A stretch of 32,000 bases of DNA, taken from Nostoc punctiforme PCC 73102. GTDB lineage: Bacteria; Cyanobacteriota; Cyanobacteriia; Cyanobacteriales; Nostocaceae. Below the pieces are notes generated by a model that was not told where the DNA came from, did not search any database, and saw only the letters and a program-made list of their open reading frames with translations. Position numbers and translations under genes: made by a program. Below are positions 16,425 through 26,184 of this stretch, in pieces (position 1 is the first letter of the stretch; each line of letters begins with the position of its first letter). The stretch covers positions 5,220,001-5,252,000 of the forward strand of contig NC_010628.1 of assembly GCF_000020025.1 (NCBI RefSeq). The letters are read 5' to 3'.

Positions 16425-17585
16425 TTACTTCGTTGCAGCAACAACAAACCAAGTGTTTAGGCTGCCTGAGTTACCATTTTGAAAAAGACCATTAGTTACT
16501 TTTGCTTTCCATGCCCCATTAGGGACAAACTTCTCGAATGTCTTATCTGGTGCAAAACCAGCCTCAGTAGCTAGCGTCACCAAATCCAGATCGCGTACTG
16601 CACTCCAGAATGGTTCATTGTTGTTAGCGGTTTCCCAATCAAAAATGAACTGGGTATAAACATCTAGATGACGATACAAGGGTGCTTCCAGATGGAGCAT
16701 GATTCCACCGGGAGCCAGTAGACGATAAGACTCTTGCATGACTTTACGGACGGCTGACGGGGGAATTTCATGCAGCAAAATATGAGAAACCACTAAGTCA
16801 AAAGATTCATCTGGAAAGTTAGTATGTTCGGCATTTTGCTGCCAGAAGTGTACCCGTTTGCCTAAAGCTTCGGCTCTTGCATGACCGTAACGCAACATGG
16901 GTGCGCCGACATCAATGGCATGGACTTCTGCATCTGGGTAAGCATCTACGTAGGGTAATGTGCTATTACCAACAGAACATCCCATATCAAGAATTTTTCT
17001 GGGTCGAAAGTCTGGATACTCTGGCAAAAGGTAGTTTTGGACTATAGATAGCCCCATATCATTATTCAACGGCCCCAACCAACCCAGACCATAAAGGTAA
17101 GCGCCGCGATCGTAGGTTGCGCCAGCAGCTACATCACCACCAGTGAATTCACTGTGATATCCTCCAGGCATACAGTGAATGTCTACAGCTTTTTGATAAT
17201 TAGGTATTTGAAAATTTGGGTCGAGGGTTAAAGTACCCAGTTCACCACCTCGATCCTTGGCACGCTCAATCAACTCTGGCAGTTGTCTGCCAACACTGGT
17301 ATTTACAGCATCCCATAATATTTCCTGGTGGATGCGCTTGAGGGCACTAGTCCATCGGTAGTAGGATTCATGCTGCATTACTTCCCGAATTTCATGACGA
17401 TTTTGGGGAGGACGCTGATGTTCCTGTTCAAACTTCGGCTTGGCTAATTTTTCATAAACTACTTTATTGCCAGGAGAAATATTCCTGAAAATGTGCGTTT
17501 TCAGACTTTGCACAAAGTTTTGGCGTGCCAACTCGTCATGAGTGGGTTGTGGTAGCATAGCGTGTTGGAATTGTCGATCCATCAT
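16425..17585 (-). CDS. Class I SAM-dependent methyltransferase with a ~190-aa uncharacterised N-terminal extension
   Basis: Motif I (ILDMGCSVGNST), an acidic post-I residue (HAIDVG), and motif II/III-like text (FDLVVSHILLHE, LLAPGGIM). The start lies 33 nt after the trpB stop on the same strand. Confidence 0.85.
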   Translation of the reverse strand: MMDRQFQHAMLPQPTHDELARQNFVQSLKTHIFRNISPGNKVVYEKLAKPKFEQEHQRPPQNRHEIREVMQHESYYRWTSALKRIHQEILWDAVNTSVGRQLPELIERAKDRGGELGTLTLDPNFQIPNYQKAVDIHCMPGGYHSEFTGGDVAAGATYDRGAYLYGLGWLGPLNNDMGLSIVQNYLLPEYPDFRPRKILDMGCSVGNSTLPYVDAYPDAEVHAIDVGAPMLRYGHARAEALGKRVHFWQQNAEHTNFPDESFDLVVSHILLHEIPPSAVRKVMQESYRLLAPGGIMLHLEAPLYRHLDVYTQFIFDWETANNNEPFWSAVRDLDLVTLATEAGFAPDKTFEKFVPNGAWKAKVTNGLFQNGNSGSLNTWFVVAATK

Positions 17586-17618
17586 TAGCTTCTTCCCAAA
17601 TAAATATTTTATGTATAT

Positions 17619-18854
17619 TTACGCTGGATCTAATAACTTGGCTACCGTTTGTACATCTTTATCACCGCGTCCAGAGCAGTTAATTACAATTCGGGGACTG
17701 CCGCTTAGTTGGGGACATAAGGTTTCGAGATATGCGATCGCATGGGCTGTTTCTAATGCTGGGATAATCCCTTCCAATTTCGATAATCGCTGGAATGCTG
17801 CCATTGCCTCTGCATCTGTCACACTATAATATTCAGCGCGACCGGTGTCTTTCAAATAGCTATGTTCTGGCCCCACACCGGGATAATCTAACCCTGCACT
17901 AATTGAGTGCGCCTCAATGATCTGCCCATCCTCATCTTGTAATAGATAGCTCATTGCTCCGTGTAATACACCAACTCGCCCTTTTGTCAAGGTTGCTGCG
18001 TGTTTTTCGGTATTAACACCTTCTCCGGCTGCTTCAATTCCAATGAACCGGATAGAAGGCTCATTAATAAACTCATAAAATAGTCCCATTGCATTGGAAC
18101 CACCACCTACACAAGCCAAGAGAATATCAGGCAGTGTACCCCACTTTTCCATTGCTTGGGTGCGAGTTTCTTGCCCGATTACTGCATGGAAATCACGTAC
18201 CATCATCGGGTAGGGATGGGGACCTGCTACTGAACCAAGGATGTAGTGAGTTGTTTCCACATTTGTTACCCAATCGCGGATTGCTTCAGAAGTGGCATCT
18301 TTCAGGGTTCCAGTTCCCGCTTCCACCGGACGCACTTCTGCCCCCATCAACCGCATTCTGAAAACATTTAAAGATTGGCGTTCCATATCATGAACGCCCA
18401 TATAAATTACGCATTCCAGCCCAAAACGAGCGCAAACTGTGGCTGTAGCAACTCCATGTTGTCCAGCACCAGTTTCGGCAATAATCCGTTGCTTACCCAT
18501 GCGTTTCGCTAACAAAACCTGACCAAGGGCATTATTGATTTTGTGAGCGCCGGTATGATTTAAATCTTCACGCTTTAAGTAAACTTGTGGCCCAGTGCGA
18601 TCGGGTCGCGCATAATGAGCAGTCAGGCGTTCCGCGAAATACAATGGTGTGGCGCGTCCCACATAGTCTCGTAACAACTGCTGTAATTCTGCTTGAAAAC
18701 CAGGTTCATTGCGGTATTGCTGATAAGCTGTTTCTAATTCAGCAAGGGCAGGCATTAGCGTTTCAGGTACATACTTACCGCCGAAGCGTCCAAAGCGACC
18801 TAACGCATCGGGAACCTGAGCAGTTGAACTTGGAGAGAGGGGAGTGGTAGTCAC
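17619..18854 (-). CDS. trpB: Tryptophan synthase beta chain
   Basis: Full-length TrpB text, including the PLP-lysine motif [11 protein letters not shown] and GGGSNAMG. Confidence 0.97.
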   Translation of the reverse strand: MTTTPLSPSSTAQVPDALGRFGRFGGKYVPETLMPALAELETAYQQYRNEPGFQAELQQLLRDYVGRATPLYFAERLTAHYARPDRTGPQVYLKREDLNHTGAHKINNALGQVLLAKRMGKQRIIAETGAGQHGVATATVCARFGLECVIYMGVHDMERQSLNVFRMRLMGAEVRPVEAGTGTLKDATSEAIRDWVTNVETTHYILGSVAGPHPYPMMVRDFHAVIGQETRTQAMEKWGTLPDILLACVGGGSNAMGLFYEFINEPSIRFIGIEAAGEGVNTEKHAATLTKGRVGVLHGAMSYLLQDEDGQIIEAHSISAGLDYPGVGPEHSYLKDTGRAEYYSVTDAEAMAAFQRLSKLEGIIPALETAHAIAYLETLCPQLSGSPRIVINCSGRGDKDVQTVAKLLDPA

Positions 18855-19062
18855 AGGCTGTTTTCGATGACGGAAATGACTTAATTATTATAGAAAAGTC
18901 TGGGACATATCTGGGGTATACCTAGGGATGAGGTAGAAAAACAATTCCCAATTCCTGGCAATGGATTTGTAATGTTAGTCTAGAAATTGATATCCCAGCA
19001 GAATGGTTGCGTAGAAGTTTCCACTGCCTTTGCCTTTGAAATTTTTCTTAAACATTTATTTT

Positions 19063-19410
19063 ATGTCTTCTTCCAATTCTAAATCTTCTGACAAAAGCTT
19101 CGTCTACCGCGAATTTGGTAACGACAACTCCGCCGCCACAGAAAGACCAATTCCAGAACTACCCCCACAACAACAAAATCTTAAAGTACAAGCTTCCCGC
19201 AAAGGACGCAAAGGCAAAACTGTCACAGTGATTAGCGGTTTTCAAGCTAAACCAGAAACCTTGGCAGATTTAGTGAAGCAGTTGAAAACCCAGTGTGGGA
19301 CAGGTGGGACACTTAAAGATAACGAAATTGAAATTCAGGGCGAACACAAACAGAAAATTGTCGAGATTTTGACCAAGCTAGGTTATAAAGCCAAAATTAG
19401 TGGTGGCTAA
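19063..19410 (+). CDS. SUI1/eIF1-like translation initiation factor (YciH family), 115 aa
   Basis: The C-terminal SUI1 fold text is present (RKGRKGKTVTVISGF...LKTQCGTGGTLKDNEIEIQGEH). The ATG at 19063 is preferred over the TTG at 19030. Confidence 0.85.
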   Translation: MSSSNSKSSDKSFVYREFGNDNSAATERPIPELPPQQQNLKVQASRKGRKGKTVTVISGFQAKPETLADLVKQLKTQCGTGGTLKDNEIEIQGEHKQKIVEILTKLGYKAKISGG

Positions 19411-19552
19411 TTTTGAGTGCGGTTTACCGCATCTTAACTGTTACCTCGATTGAGAAATGGAATGTTATCTTTGATAAAGTACAAATATGCTTGAACGGTG
19501 GTGGATTACTTCGCTAACAAGCTATTTTTAGTGAGATAAACAGGAGGTTTAA

Positions 19553-19711
19553 ATGGATTTAGTTCGGATTTTGTGTGCCATTTTCGTGCCGCCTTTGGGA
19601 GTTTTTTTACAAGTAGGTTTTGGTATAGACTTTTGGATTAATATAGTTCTGACGCTTTTTGGTTACATTCCTGGAATTATTCATGCAGTATGGATAATTG
19701 CTAAGAAATAA
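19553..19711 (+). CDS. Pmp3/YqaE (UPF0057) proteolipid membrane-potential modulator, 52 aa
   Basis: Not in the ORF track. AGGAGG lies 5 nt upstream of the ATG. The translation MDLVRILCAIFVPPLGVFLQVGFGIDFWINIVLTLFGYIPGIIHAVWIIAKK matches the family signature (PPLGV...FWIN..LT..GYIPGIIHA). Confidence 0.8.
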   Translation: MDLVRILCAIFVPPLGVFLQVGFGIDFWINIVLTLFGYIPGIIHAVWIIAKK

Positions 19712-19748
19712 TTCTTTGTACGAGTAGATTGGGTGTAACCATTTCTAC

Positions 19749-19772
19749 AGAGGCAATTAATCAATTGCCTCT
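19749..19772. repeat. Perfect 10-bp hairpin AGAGGCAATT-aatc-AATTGCCTCT (dispersed Nostoc-type hairpin repeat)
   Basis: Read directly from the sequence. There is no flanking T-run. It resembles the GTAGAGNC...GNCTCTAC hairpins seen elsewhere in the window (for example 26220-26245). Confidence 0.5.
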
Positions 19773-19835
19773 ACAAAAAGATTTTTAAGTTGGATGTCTG
19801 CATGGGTATATCACAATACTATATTTCTTTTACTT

Positions 19836-19866
19836 AAAAAACTCTAAAGACACGATCAATCATGTC
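19836..19866 (-). terminator. Probable terminator of the carbonic anhydrase gene
   Basis: On the minus strand, GACATGAT-tg-ATCGTGTC (8 bp with one G-U pair) is followed by TTTAGAGTTTTTT. It lies 37 nt after the stop. Confidence 0.5.
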
Positions 19867-19902
19867 GATAAAGTATTAATCTCTGTGGCAGTCAATCCCA
19901 AA

Positions 19903-20571
19903 TTAGCTCTCATTTTTTAACATCGCATAGAGTCTAAACTCTAGAAGCAAAGGGCAGATGTGTAACTGCCATTGCACAGTTGAGACATTCAAATCTTTGA
20001 TTAAGCCAGTGCGTATATCTAGTACCCAACCATGAACCATAGGCGCTTTTCGCTCATAAAGTGCCTGACGCATGATAGAAGTTTGGTAGAGATTTTTCAC
20101 TTGCGCCACTACATTTATTTCTGCCAAACGATTCAGACGTTCTTCTCTGGTTGGTAAGGCATCAATTTCTTCTTGTTTGTGTAAATACAGTTCCCGAATC
20201 GGATTTACCCAGTTATCCAGTATTCCGATGGTTCTCCCTTCTAAAGCAGCTTTAATTCCTCCGCAGTCGTAGTGACCACAAACGATAATATGTTCCACCT
20301 TAAGATGTAAAATTGCGTATTCTAAAACGGCTAAAAAGTTAATATCCGTTAGAGAAACTTGATTCGCAATATTACGATGAACAAATAATTCTCCTGGTTC
20401 TGTACGAGTAAGGTTTGTTAAGGGTAAACGACTATCAGAACACCCGATGTATAGAAAAGGTGGTGTTTGTCCCTTAGATAATTCTTGAAAGTAAGTTGGA
20501 TCTATAGCTAATTTCTCTGCAACCCAAGCCTGATTATTTCTGAAGAGTTCATCAATGCTGTTATATTTCAT
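19903..20571 (-). CDS. Beta-class carbonic anhydrase
   Basis: The zinc-ligand motifs CSDSR and VCGHYDCGG are present, and the overall text resembles CynT/Can. Confidence 0.9.
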   Translation of the reverse strand: MKYNSIDELFRNNQAWVAEKLAIDPTYFQELSKGQTPPFLYIGCSDSRLPLTNLTRTEPGELFVHRNIANQVSLTDINFLAVLEYAILHLKVEHIIVCGHYDCGGIKAALEGRTIGILDNWVNPIRELYLHKQEEIDALPTREERLNRLAEINVVAQVKNLYQTSIMRQALYERKAPMVHGWVLDIRTGLIKDLNVSTVQWQLHICPLLLEFRLYAMLKNES

Positions 20572-21050
20572 CTTTCGTCAAATTCGGGAGATAATCTCAT
20601 AAATATTTTAGCTGAATTACAGTTTCCGCTAAATCAGTATGAACTTGTTGCAATCTAAAATTTGAGAAAGATGACAGTCTTTTTCTACATACAGCATTAA
20701 TATAATTATTGTATAAATTGTAAACAGACGATTTAGAATTTAGAGAGAAAATTACTATGTATAACTTTAGGTAAATAGCTAAATAAAGTAAAATTTACAT
20801 CACCAAAAATCTGATTATTGAGACTGCCAATTTCAACCCCTCATCTAGCATCTATAAGATATTTTTGCAAAGTAAAAAAAGTTCTATAAACATAATTACT
20901 TTAAATGACACCCCAAACTGTGCATTTGAGTCAAGGAAGTGCGGCGTAACTTTTAAGTGCTATCTCTTTAATACACAGAGACATTTATTTCCTGATAACA
21001 GTAAACTATCTTAACAAAGATGCCAAATTTGAGATATTCAGTTATCAGCT

Positions 21051-21323
21051 TCAATCGGGGGCAACAACTTTGCTCGCGTTATGATGGTTGATTGACCAAC
21101 GGTGATCGACAGTTACAGAGGAAAATTCGCAAATTTCTTCTAGTCGTTTTTGTTGTACCGCAGCTTTACGGAGAGTAATAATTAGTTGATTTACCTGATG
21201 TCGTAAATCTGGATTATCATTTACTGCTAACATAGTTTGTCTTTCTAAAAGTTGAAGTATAAGTTCGTAGTGAATAGGTGAAGGTAAAGGAATTTGCTCC
21301 ATGAAGTTTAATTTTGATTTCAT
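21051..21323 (-). CDS. Hypothetical protein, 83-90 aa
   Basis: ORF only. No motif recognised and no overlap with other genes. It lies downstream of trpC on the same strand, after a 193-bp gap. Confidence 0.35.
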   Translation of the reverse strand: MKSKLNFMEQIPLPSPIHYELILQLLERQTMLAVNDNPDLRHQVNQLIITLRKAAVQQKRLEEICEFSSVTVDHRWSINHHNASKVVAPD

Positions 21324-21516
21324 ATTTGGAATTTTGTCTTAGTCAAATTTTATCTCTCGTACATAAATTGTTACATAAGAAATAACTAGTTACTTATGGC
21401 TTTGATTTGATTAGCGATGAAGATTTGGCAAAGATATTGATAATAGTTGACAGCAAAGTGCTGCGTGTCTACGCATAGTATGCCCTGCACTAAGAGGTAC
21501 AGGGGAAGTTTTTATT

Positions 21517-22407
21517 TCAGAAATTTTTCGGTAATATACTGGCGATCGCAGCGCCGGGATCGGGTTGTTTTACCAAAGACTCTCCAATGAGTACAGCAGA
21601 TGCACCTGCTGTAAGCACTAAACTCAAATTATCTGGGTTGTGTAGTCCTGATTCGCTGACAACAAGGATGTTTTTCTCCTGCAATTGGCTACCCCTTGCA
21701 GCTAAAAGTTGGCAAGTAGTTTGCAAGTCAACTGAGAAATCTTCCAAATTGCGATTATTGATTCCTACTAAGGAGACCCCATCCAAGGCTAACACACGGT
21801 CAAGTTCTGCCAAGCTATGGACTTCAATCAAAGCTGCCATTTTCAAGTTGTTAGCAATTTTGAGGAAGTATTTCAAATCTTGATCGCCCAGGATAGCCGC
21901 AATCAACAAAATAGCATCTGCACCGTGAATCCGCGCCAAGTATATTTGGTAAGCATAAATGATAAACTCTTTGCATAATAGGGGCAAATCTACGGCAGCC
22001 CGAATCTTAGCTAAGTTTTCAAAACTACCTTGAAAGAACTTGACATCGGTTAGCACGGAAAGACAACTAGCACCACCTTGCTGATAAGATTGAGCGATCG
22101 CTACTGGGTCAAAATCTTCTCGGAAAACGCCTTTACTTGGTGAAGCTTTTTTAACTTCGGCAATTAACGCTGGCTTCGTCTTGCCTTGGCGCAAAGCGGC
22201 AACAAAATCACGGGTTGGCGGCGCAGTCAGTACCTGCTTTCGCAATTCTTGCAAAGGAACCTTTTCCCGCATCAGGTCATATTCTACTTCTTTTTGCCAG
22301 ACAATTTCTTCTAAGATATTGTTTGGCGCTGAATCAGGTACGGCGGCCTGGTAACGTAACATGGATACAGCAATAGCTGGATTAGGGGAACGACGACGGA
22401 TTTGCAT
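21517..22407 (-). CDS. trpC: Indole-3-glycerol-phosphate synthase, 296 aa
   Basis: The signature [12 protein letters not shown] and TIM-barrel text are present. I prefer the start at the ATG at 22407. The 24 upstream codons of the ORF-track model ([14 protein letters not shown]) are a translated heptamer array. Confidence 0.93.
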   Translation of the reverse strand: MQIRRRSPNPAIAVSMLRYQAAVPDSAPNNILEEIVWQKEVEYDLMREKVPLQELRKQVLTAPPTRDFVAALRQGKTKPALIAEVKKASPSKGVFREDFDPVAIAQSYQQGGASCLSVLTDVKFFQGSFENLAKIRAAVDLPLLCKEFIIYAYQIYLARIHGADAILLIAAILGDQDLKYFLKIANNLKMAALIEVHSLAELDRVLALDGVSLVGINNRNLEDFSVDLQTTCQLLAARGSQLQEKNILVVSESGLHNPDNLSLVLTAGASAVLIGESLVKQPDPGAAIASILPKNF

Positions 22408-22410
22408 AAT

Positions 22411-22466
22411 TGGGGAATGGGGAATGGGAAATGGGGAATGGGGAATGGGGATTGGGGACTGGGGAA
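22411..22466. repeat. STRR-type heptamer array, 8 units of TGGGGAA (variants TGGGAAA, TGGGGAT, TGGGGAC)
   Basis: Read directly from the sequence. It fills most of the 96-bp lpdA-trpC spacer and is followed by TAATCCC x2 at about 22489-22503. Confidence 0.9.
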
Positions 22467-22503
22467 GAATTCTTCTCAATTCCCAGTACCTAATCCCTAA
22501 TCC

Positions 22504-23934
22504 CTAAATTGCGATCGCTCGTTTATAAGCTTCGTCTAGAACTTCCGAGAGTGTCGGGTGGGCGTGAACTAGATGTGCGAGGCTTTGGACGGATTGACGG
22601 TTTGCAATCGCGGCTGACGCTTCATGAATTAAGTCTGAGGCGTGCAGCCCGAAAATGTGAACGCCTAAGACTTCTCCGGTGTCTTTGCGATATATCACTT
22701 TGGCAATACCGTCGGCTTCATTTTCTGCCAACGCTTTGGAATTCCCTTTGAAGTAACTCCGACTTGTGGCGATTTCAAACCCTTCGGTTTGTCCCAATTC
22801 CTTCGCTGCGGTTTCTGTTAAACCTACATAGCTAACTTCTGGGTGGGTAAAAGCTGCTGCAGGGATGCTGCGATAGTCTACTATTCTTTCCCTCCCAACT
22901 ATATTTTCTACCGCGATGATGCCCTGAGCAGAAGCCGCATGTGCTAACATCATCTTCCCATTAGCATCGCCAATTGCCCAGACATTTGGTACTACTTCAC
23001 CAGCTGATAGCACTGCCATGCGATCGTCAACTGGGATAAAATTCCGCCGATCGAGTTCTATACCCACAGACTCTAAACCAAGATTTTTGGTCGCTGGAAT
23101 GCGTCCTGTAGCCACTAAGCAAGCATCTACTTCGATGACATCTACATCTTCTTTGGTTTTGAAATTTGCTAATTCAATTACCACTGGTGAACCAGGGGTG
23201 ACTTTTTTGGCGTATATCCCCACTTTCGTTTCAATATCACGGGGAGTAATCAGCACCCGTTCGGCAAGTTTGGCAATATCGCGGTCAAATCCTGGCATTA
23301 ACTGATCTAGGGCTTCAATCAAGGTGATTTCACAACCCAAAGCTGAGTAAACATCAGAAAATTCCAAGCCAATGTAACCACTGCCAATAATCGCCACCCA
23401 GTCTGGTAGAGACTCTAACTTCACACCTTGGTCGCTAGTAAAGACAGTTTTGCCGTCTACTTCAATTCCTGGAGGTACAAAAGGAATTGAACCAGGCGAA
23501 AGGATGATGTCTTTGGCTGTGATAATTTTTTCGGCACCGTCTCCGGTTACAGCAACTTTTTGTGCCCCAGCGATTTTTCCCCAACCCCTGATAATATCGA
23601 CTCCTAGACGTTTGAGACTGTTGGTTAAATCCCCTTGAATTTTCGAGACGAGATTATTAGCATGATTAGCGATCGCTTGGCGATCGAATTCCACGCTACC
23701 AATTTGAATTCCCAGCGATTTGAGGTGGTGGGCATTGCGTAACTCCCGCACACGTCCAGATGCCGCCAGTAGCGCTTTAGAAGGAATACAACCCCGATTA
23801 ACACAGGTTCCTCCCATATCACCAGCTTCAATAATCGCTGTTTTTAAACCACAACTTACGGCGTGTAAGGCTGCGCCATGTCCGCCTACACCAGCGCCGA
23901 TAATGACTAAATCGTAATCAAATCCTTGACTCAC
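22504..23934 (-). CDS. lpdA: Dihydrolipoyl dehydrogenase (E3)
   Basis: FAD motif GAGVGG, redox-active disulfide [13 protein letters not shown], and the C-terminal HAHPTLSE interface motif. Confidence 0.95.
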   Translation of the reverse strand: MSQGFDYDLVIIGAGVGGHGAALHAVSCGLKTAIIEAGDMGGTCVNRGCIPSKALLAASGRVRELRNAHHLKSLGIQIGSVEFDRQAIANHANNLVSKIQGDLTNSLKRLGVDIIRGWGKIAGAQKVAVTGDGAEKIITAKDIILSPGSIPFVPPGIEVDGKTVFTSDQGVKLESLPDWVAIIGSGYIGLEFSDVYSALGCEITLIEALDQLMPGFDRDIAKLAERVLITPRDIETKVGIYAKKVTPGSPVVIELANFKTKEDVDVIEVDACLVATGRIPATKNLGLESVGIELDRRNFIPVDDRMAVLSAGEVVPNVWAIGDANGKMMLAHAASAQGIIAVENIVGRERIVDYRSIPAAAFTHPEVSYVGLTETAAKELGQTEGFEIATSRSYFKGNSKALAENEADGIAKVIYRKDTGEVLGVHIFGLHASDLIHEASAAIANRQSVQSLAHLVHAHPTLSEVLDEAYKRAIAI

Positions 23935-24231
23935 GTTAGGTTCCCCGTCTGCTTCGCCTATTTATTCTCAACTTGACCGACAATCAGCGCAACCCCTTTA
24001 ACAGTTATCAGTTATCAACGATCAGTTTTTTTGCTGGGTTTAAGCCCCAGCACATAGTTATTCAGTGAACACTGGAAACTGCTAACTGATTTAAATCCCC
24101 TACCATCCGCCTGATAACTATTTACTGATTTAACGTTCGGGTGTTGCTAACTTCAATTATGATTCACTGACTTCGGGCGAAAAGATGGATGTTTTCAGTA
24201 ATTATAGTCAAATCTAGATACTTATTTTAAA

Positions 24232-24262
24232 GGGAATGGGAAATGGGGAATGGGGAATGAGG
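24232..24262. repeat. Heptamer array GGGAATGGGAAATGGGGAATGGGGAATGAGG
   Basis: Read directly from the sequence. It pairs imperfectly with 24309-24332. Confidence 0.8.
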
Positions 24263-24308
24263 TTCTCAGATAGATGAACGGAGTTCTGAGGTGGATGAAT
24301 CAGTCTCT

Positions 24309-24332
24309 AATTTCCAATTCCCAATTCCCAAT
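24309..24332. repeat. Heptamer array AATTTCCAATTCCCAATTCCCAAT (inverted orientation)
   Basis: Read directly from the sequence. It lies inside the N-terminal extension of the ORF-track model for the SWIM gene. Confidence 0.8.
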
Positions 24333-24408
24333 AACTTTACAGCACCATCGCCTAACACCTAAGCTGGATTTAGGATTCATCCAGAGGATTTACACAGGCG
24401 ATCGCTCG

Positions 24409-26184
24409 ATGTCTATTCCCCAAATTACTGAATTTACTATCCGCCGTCATGCCAACACCAAATCTTTCCAACGCGGCGAGGCATACTATGAGGCTGGTGC
24501 TGTTCATACTGTTACCCAACGTGGTCATCTGCTTCAAGCGGAAGTTGCAGGTACTGAAGCAAGACCTTATCATGTCAATTTGAGTTTCGATAGCAGTGGG
24601 TTAACCTCAGCAAACTGCACCTGTGCCTACAACTTTGACGGGTGGTGCAAACACATTATCGCCACGATGCTTGTCTGTGTGCGTGATTCAGAAAGTATTG
24701 AACAGCGCCCCACCCTAGAACAACTACTCAATCGCCTGGATAATATCCAAACTCAAAGGCTACTGCAAGAGTTGGTAAAAGAATACCCACTACTAATTGA
24801 GGCGATTGACCGTCATGTAGGTTGGATGACGAATCCTATTGTCGAGCAAACAAGCATAAAACCCTTGCGCCACCGTAGTATTGATCCGGCTCCCTTTCGG
24901 CGGCAAGTCCGGCAAATTATCCGGGATGCTGTGCGCTACTTTGAGGAAGGGGGTGAAGAAGACCCGATTGCCGAAGAATTGGTGAGTGTGGTGCAAACTG
25001 CGGTAGCTTTTAGTGAACGAGGAGAGGGTGAAAATGCGATCGCTATTTTAGAAGCGATTACCTTTACTTGTGTGGAAAATTGGGACGACATTGCAGATTA
25101 CGGTGCTGAAAATGATGAAATTGTCGGGGAATTAAATGAAGCTTGGTGTGAAGCAATTCTGACTGCTGAACTTACCCCAGAAGAAAAAGTTGATATTCAA
25201 ATAAATTTGGAAGCTTGGCAAGATGAGTGGAATGCTGATTTTGGCCTAGTGATGGAAGCTTTACGGCAAGGTTGGGATTATCCGCCCCTAGTGCAAGTTC
25301 TCCAAGGTAATATTACCGAAAGGGGAGCTTGGGAAGAAGACGTGCCAGACTATGCAGATGATTTGGCACTAATTCGGCTAAAAATTCTTGAGCGTCAAGA
25401 ACGTTACCAAGAATACCTATATTTAGCAGAAGCAGAAGGACAAACCCAGCAGTATCTCACAATGTTAGGGCGTTTGGGCAGAGTAGAAGAAGCAGTTGAT
25501 GCTGCTCAAACCCAGATGAACTCAATAGAAGAGGCGTTTGCCCTAGCGAAAGCACTCAGCGAACAGGGGGCGTTACAGCAATCACTAGATATAGCCCAGA
25601 GTGGGTTAAATTTACCAGGGAATTGTCAGTACGAATTAGGAATTTGGACAAGTGATTTAGCTGTTGAGTTGGGTAATAGTGAAGCTGCTTTATTAGCAAT
25701 TAAGGCGGCTTTTCAAGTCAAGCCCTCCTTTGTTGACTACGAAAAGATGGCAGAATTAGCTGGGGAAAACTGGGAAACTGTCAAAACAGACCTGTTGAGA
25801 ATTATTCGTACTTATAGTGGTTGGGGAACAGAATCAGCCAAGGTAGATATATTCTTGCATGAGGGGCTAATTGATGATGCAATTGCGATCGCTAGTGAAC
25901 TCAGTTCTTATTATTCAGAATTGATTCATCGCGTCATGAATGCCGCTATCCCTCACAATCCTACTTGGGTGATTGCTAATGCGCGTCGCCGTGCCGAAAA
26001 GATTATGGATGGAGGTAAGGCAGAATATTACTACTATGCGGTTGAATGGTTAAAAAAAGTCCGTGCCGCCTACTTGGAATCTGGCAAGAAAGCTGACTGG
26101 TTAAGCTATCGGGAAAGCTTAATGCAAACCCACGCTCGTAAACGTAAATTGATGGGAATGTTGCAGCAAAAGGATATGGAGTAA
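24409..26184 (+). CDS. SWIM zinc-finger protein with a long alpha-helical-repeat C-terminal region, 591 aa
   Basis: The SWIM CxC...CxH signature CTCAYNFDGWCKH is encoded at 24616-24654, preceded by the usual beta-rich N-module (FQRGEAYYEAGAV...). The ATG at 24409 is preferred because upstream codons run through repeat arrays. Confidence 0.8.
   Translation: MSIPQITEFTIRRHANTKSFQRGEAYYEAGAVHTVTQRGHLLQAEVAGTEARPYHVNLSFDSSGLTSANCTCAYNFDGWCKHIIATMLVCVRDSESIEQRPTLEQLLNRLDNIQTQRLLQELVKEYPLLIEAIDRHVGWMTNPIVEQTSIKPLRHRSIDPAPFRRQVRQIIRDAVRYFEEGGEEDPIAEELVSVVQTAVAFSERGEGENAIAILEAITFTCVENWDDIADYGAENDEIVGELNEAWCEAILTAELTPEEKVDIQINLEAWQDEWNADFGLVMEALRQGWDYPPLVQVLQGNITERGAWEEDVPDYADDLALIRLKILERQERYQEYLYLAEAEGQTQQYLTMLGRLGRVEEAVDAAQTQMNSIEEAFALAKALSEQGALQQSLDIAQSGLNLPGNCQYELGIWTSDLAVELGNSEAALLAIKAAFQVKPSFVDYEKMAELAGENWETVKTDLLRIIRTYSGWGTESAKVDIFLHEGLIDDAIAIASELSSYYSELIHRVMNAAIPHNPTWVIANARRRAEKIMDGGKAEYYYYAVEWLKKVRAAYLESGKKADWLSYRESLMQTHARKRKLMGMLQQKDME

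Noticed and set aside
17542-18850. Plus-strand ORFs 17542-17829, 18089-18361 and 18587-18850
   Set aside because: They are antisense to trpB and the methyltransferase.
22408-22479. N-terminal 24 codons of the ORF-track trpC model, and likewise 24274-24408 for the SWIM gene
   Set aside because: These extensions translate heptamer repeat arrays ([13 protein letters not shown]; SNSQFPI). Internal ATGs give proteins that begin where family conservation begins.
21587-23917. Plus-strand ORFs within trpC and lpdA (21587-21883, 22509-22751, 23018-23305, 23450-23638, 23720-23917) and minus-strand 23625-23831
   Set aside because: They are shadow or alternative-frame ORFs of two very confidently assigned enzymes.
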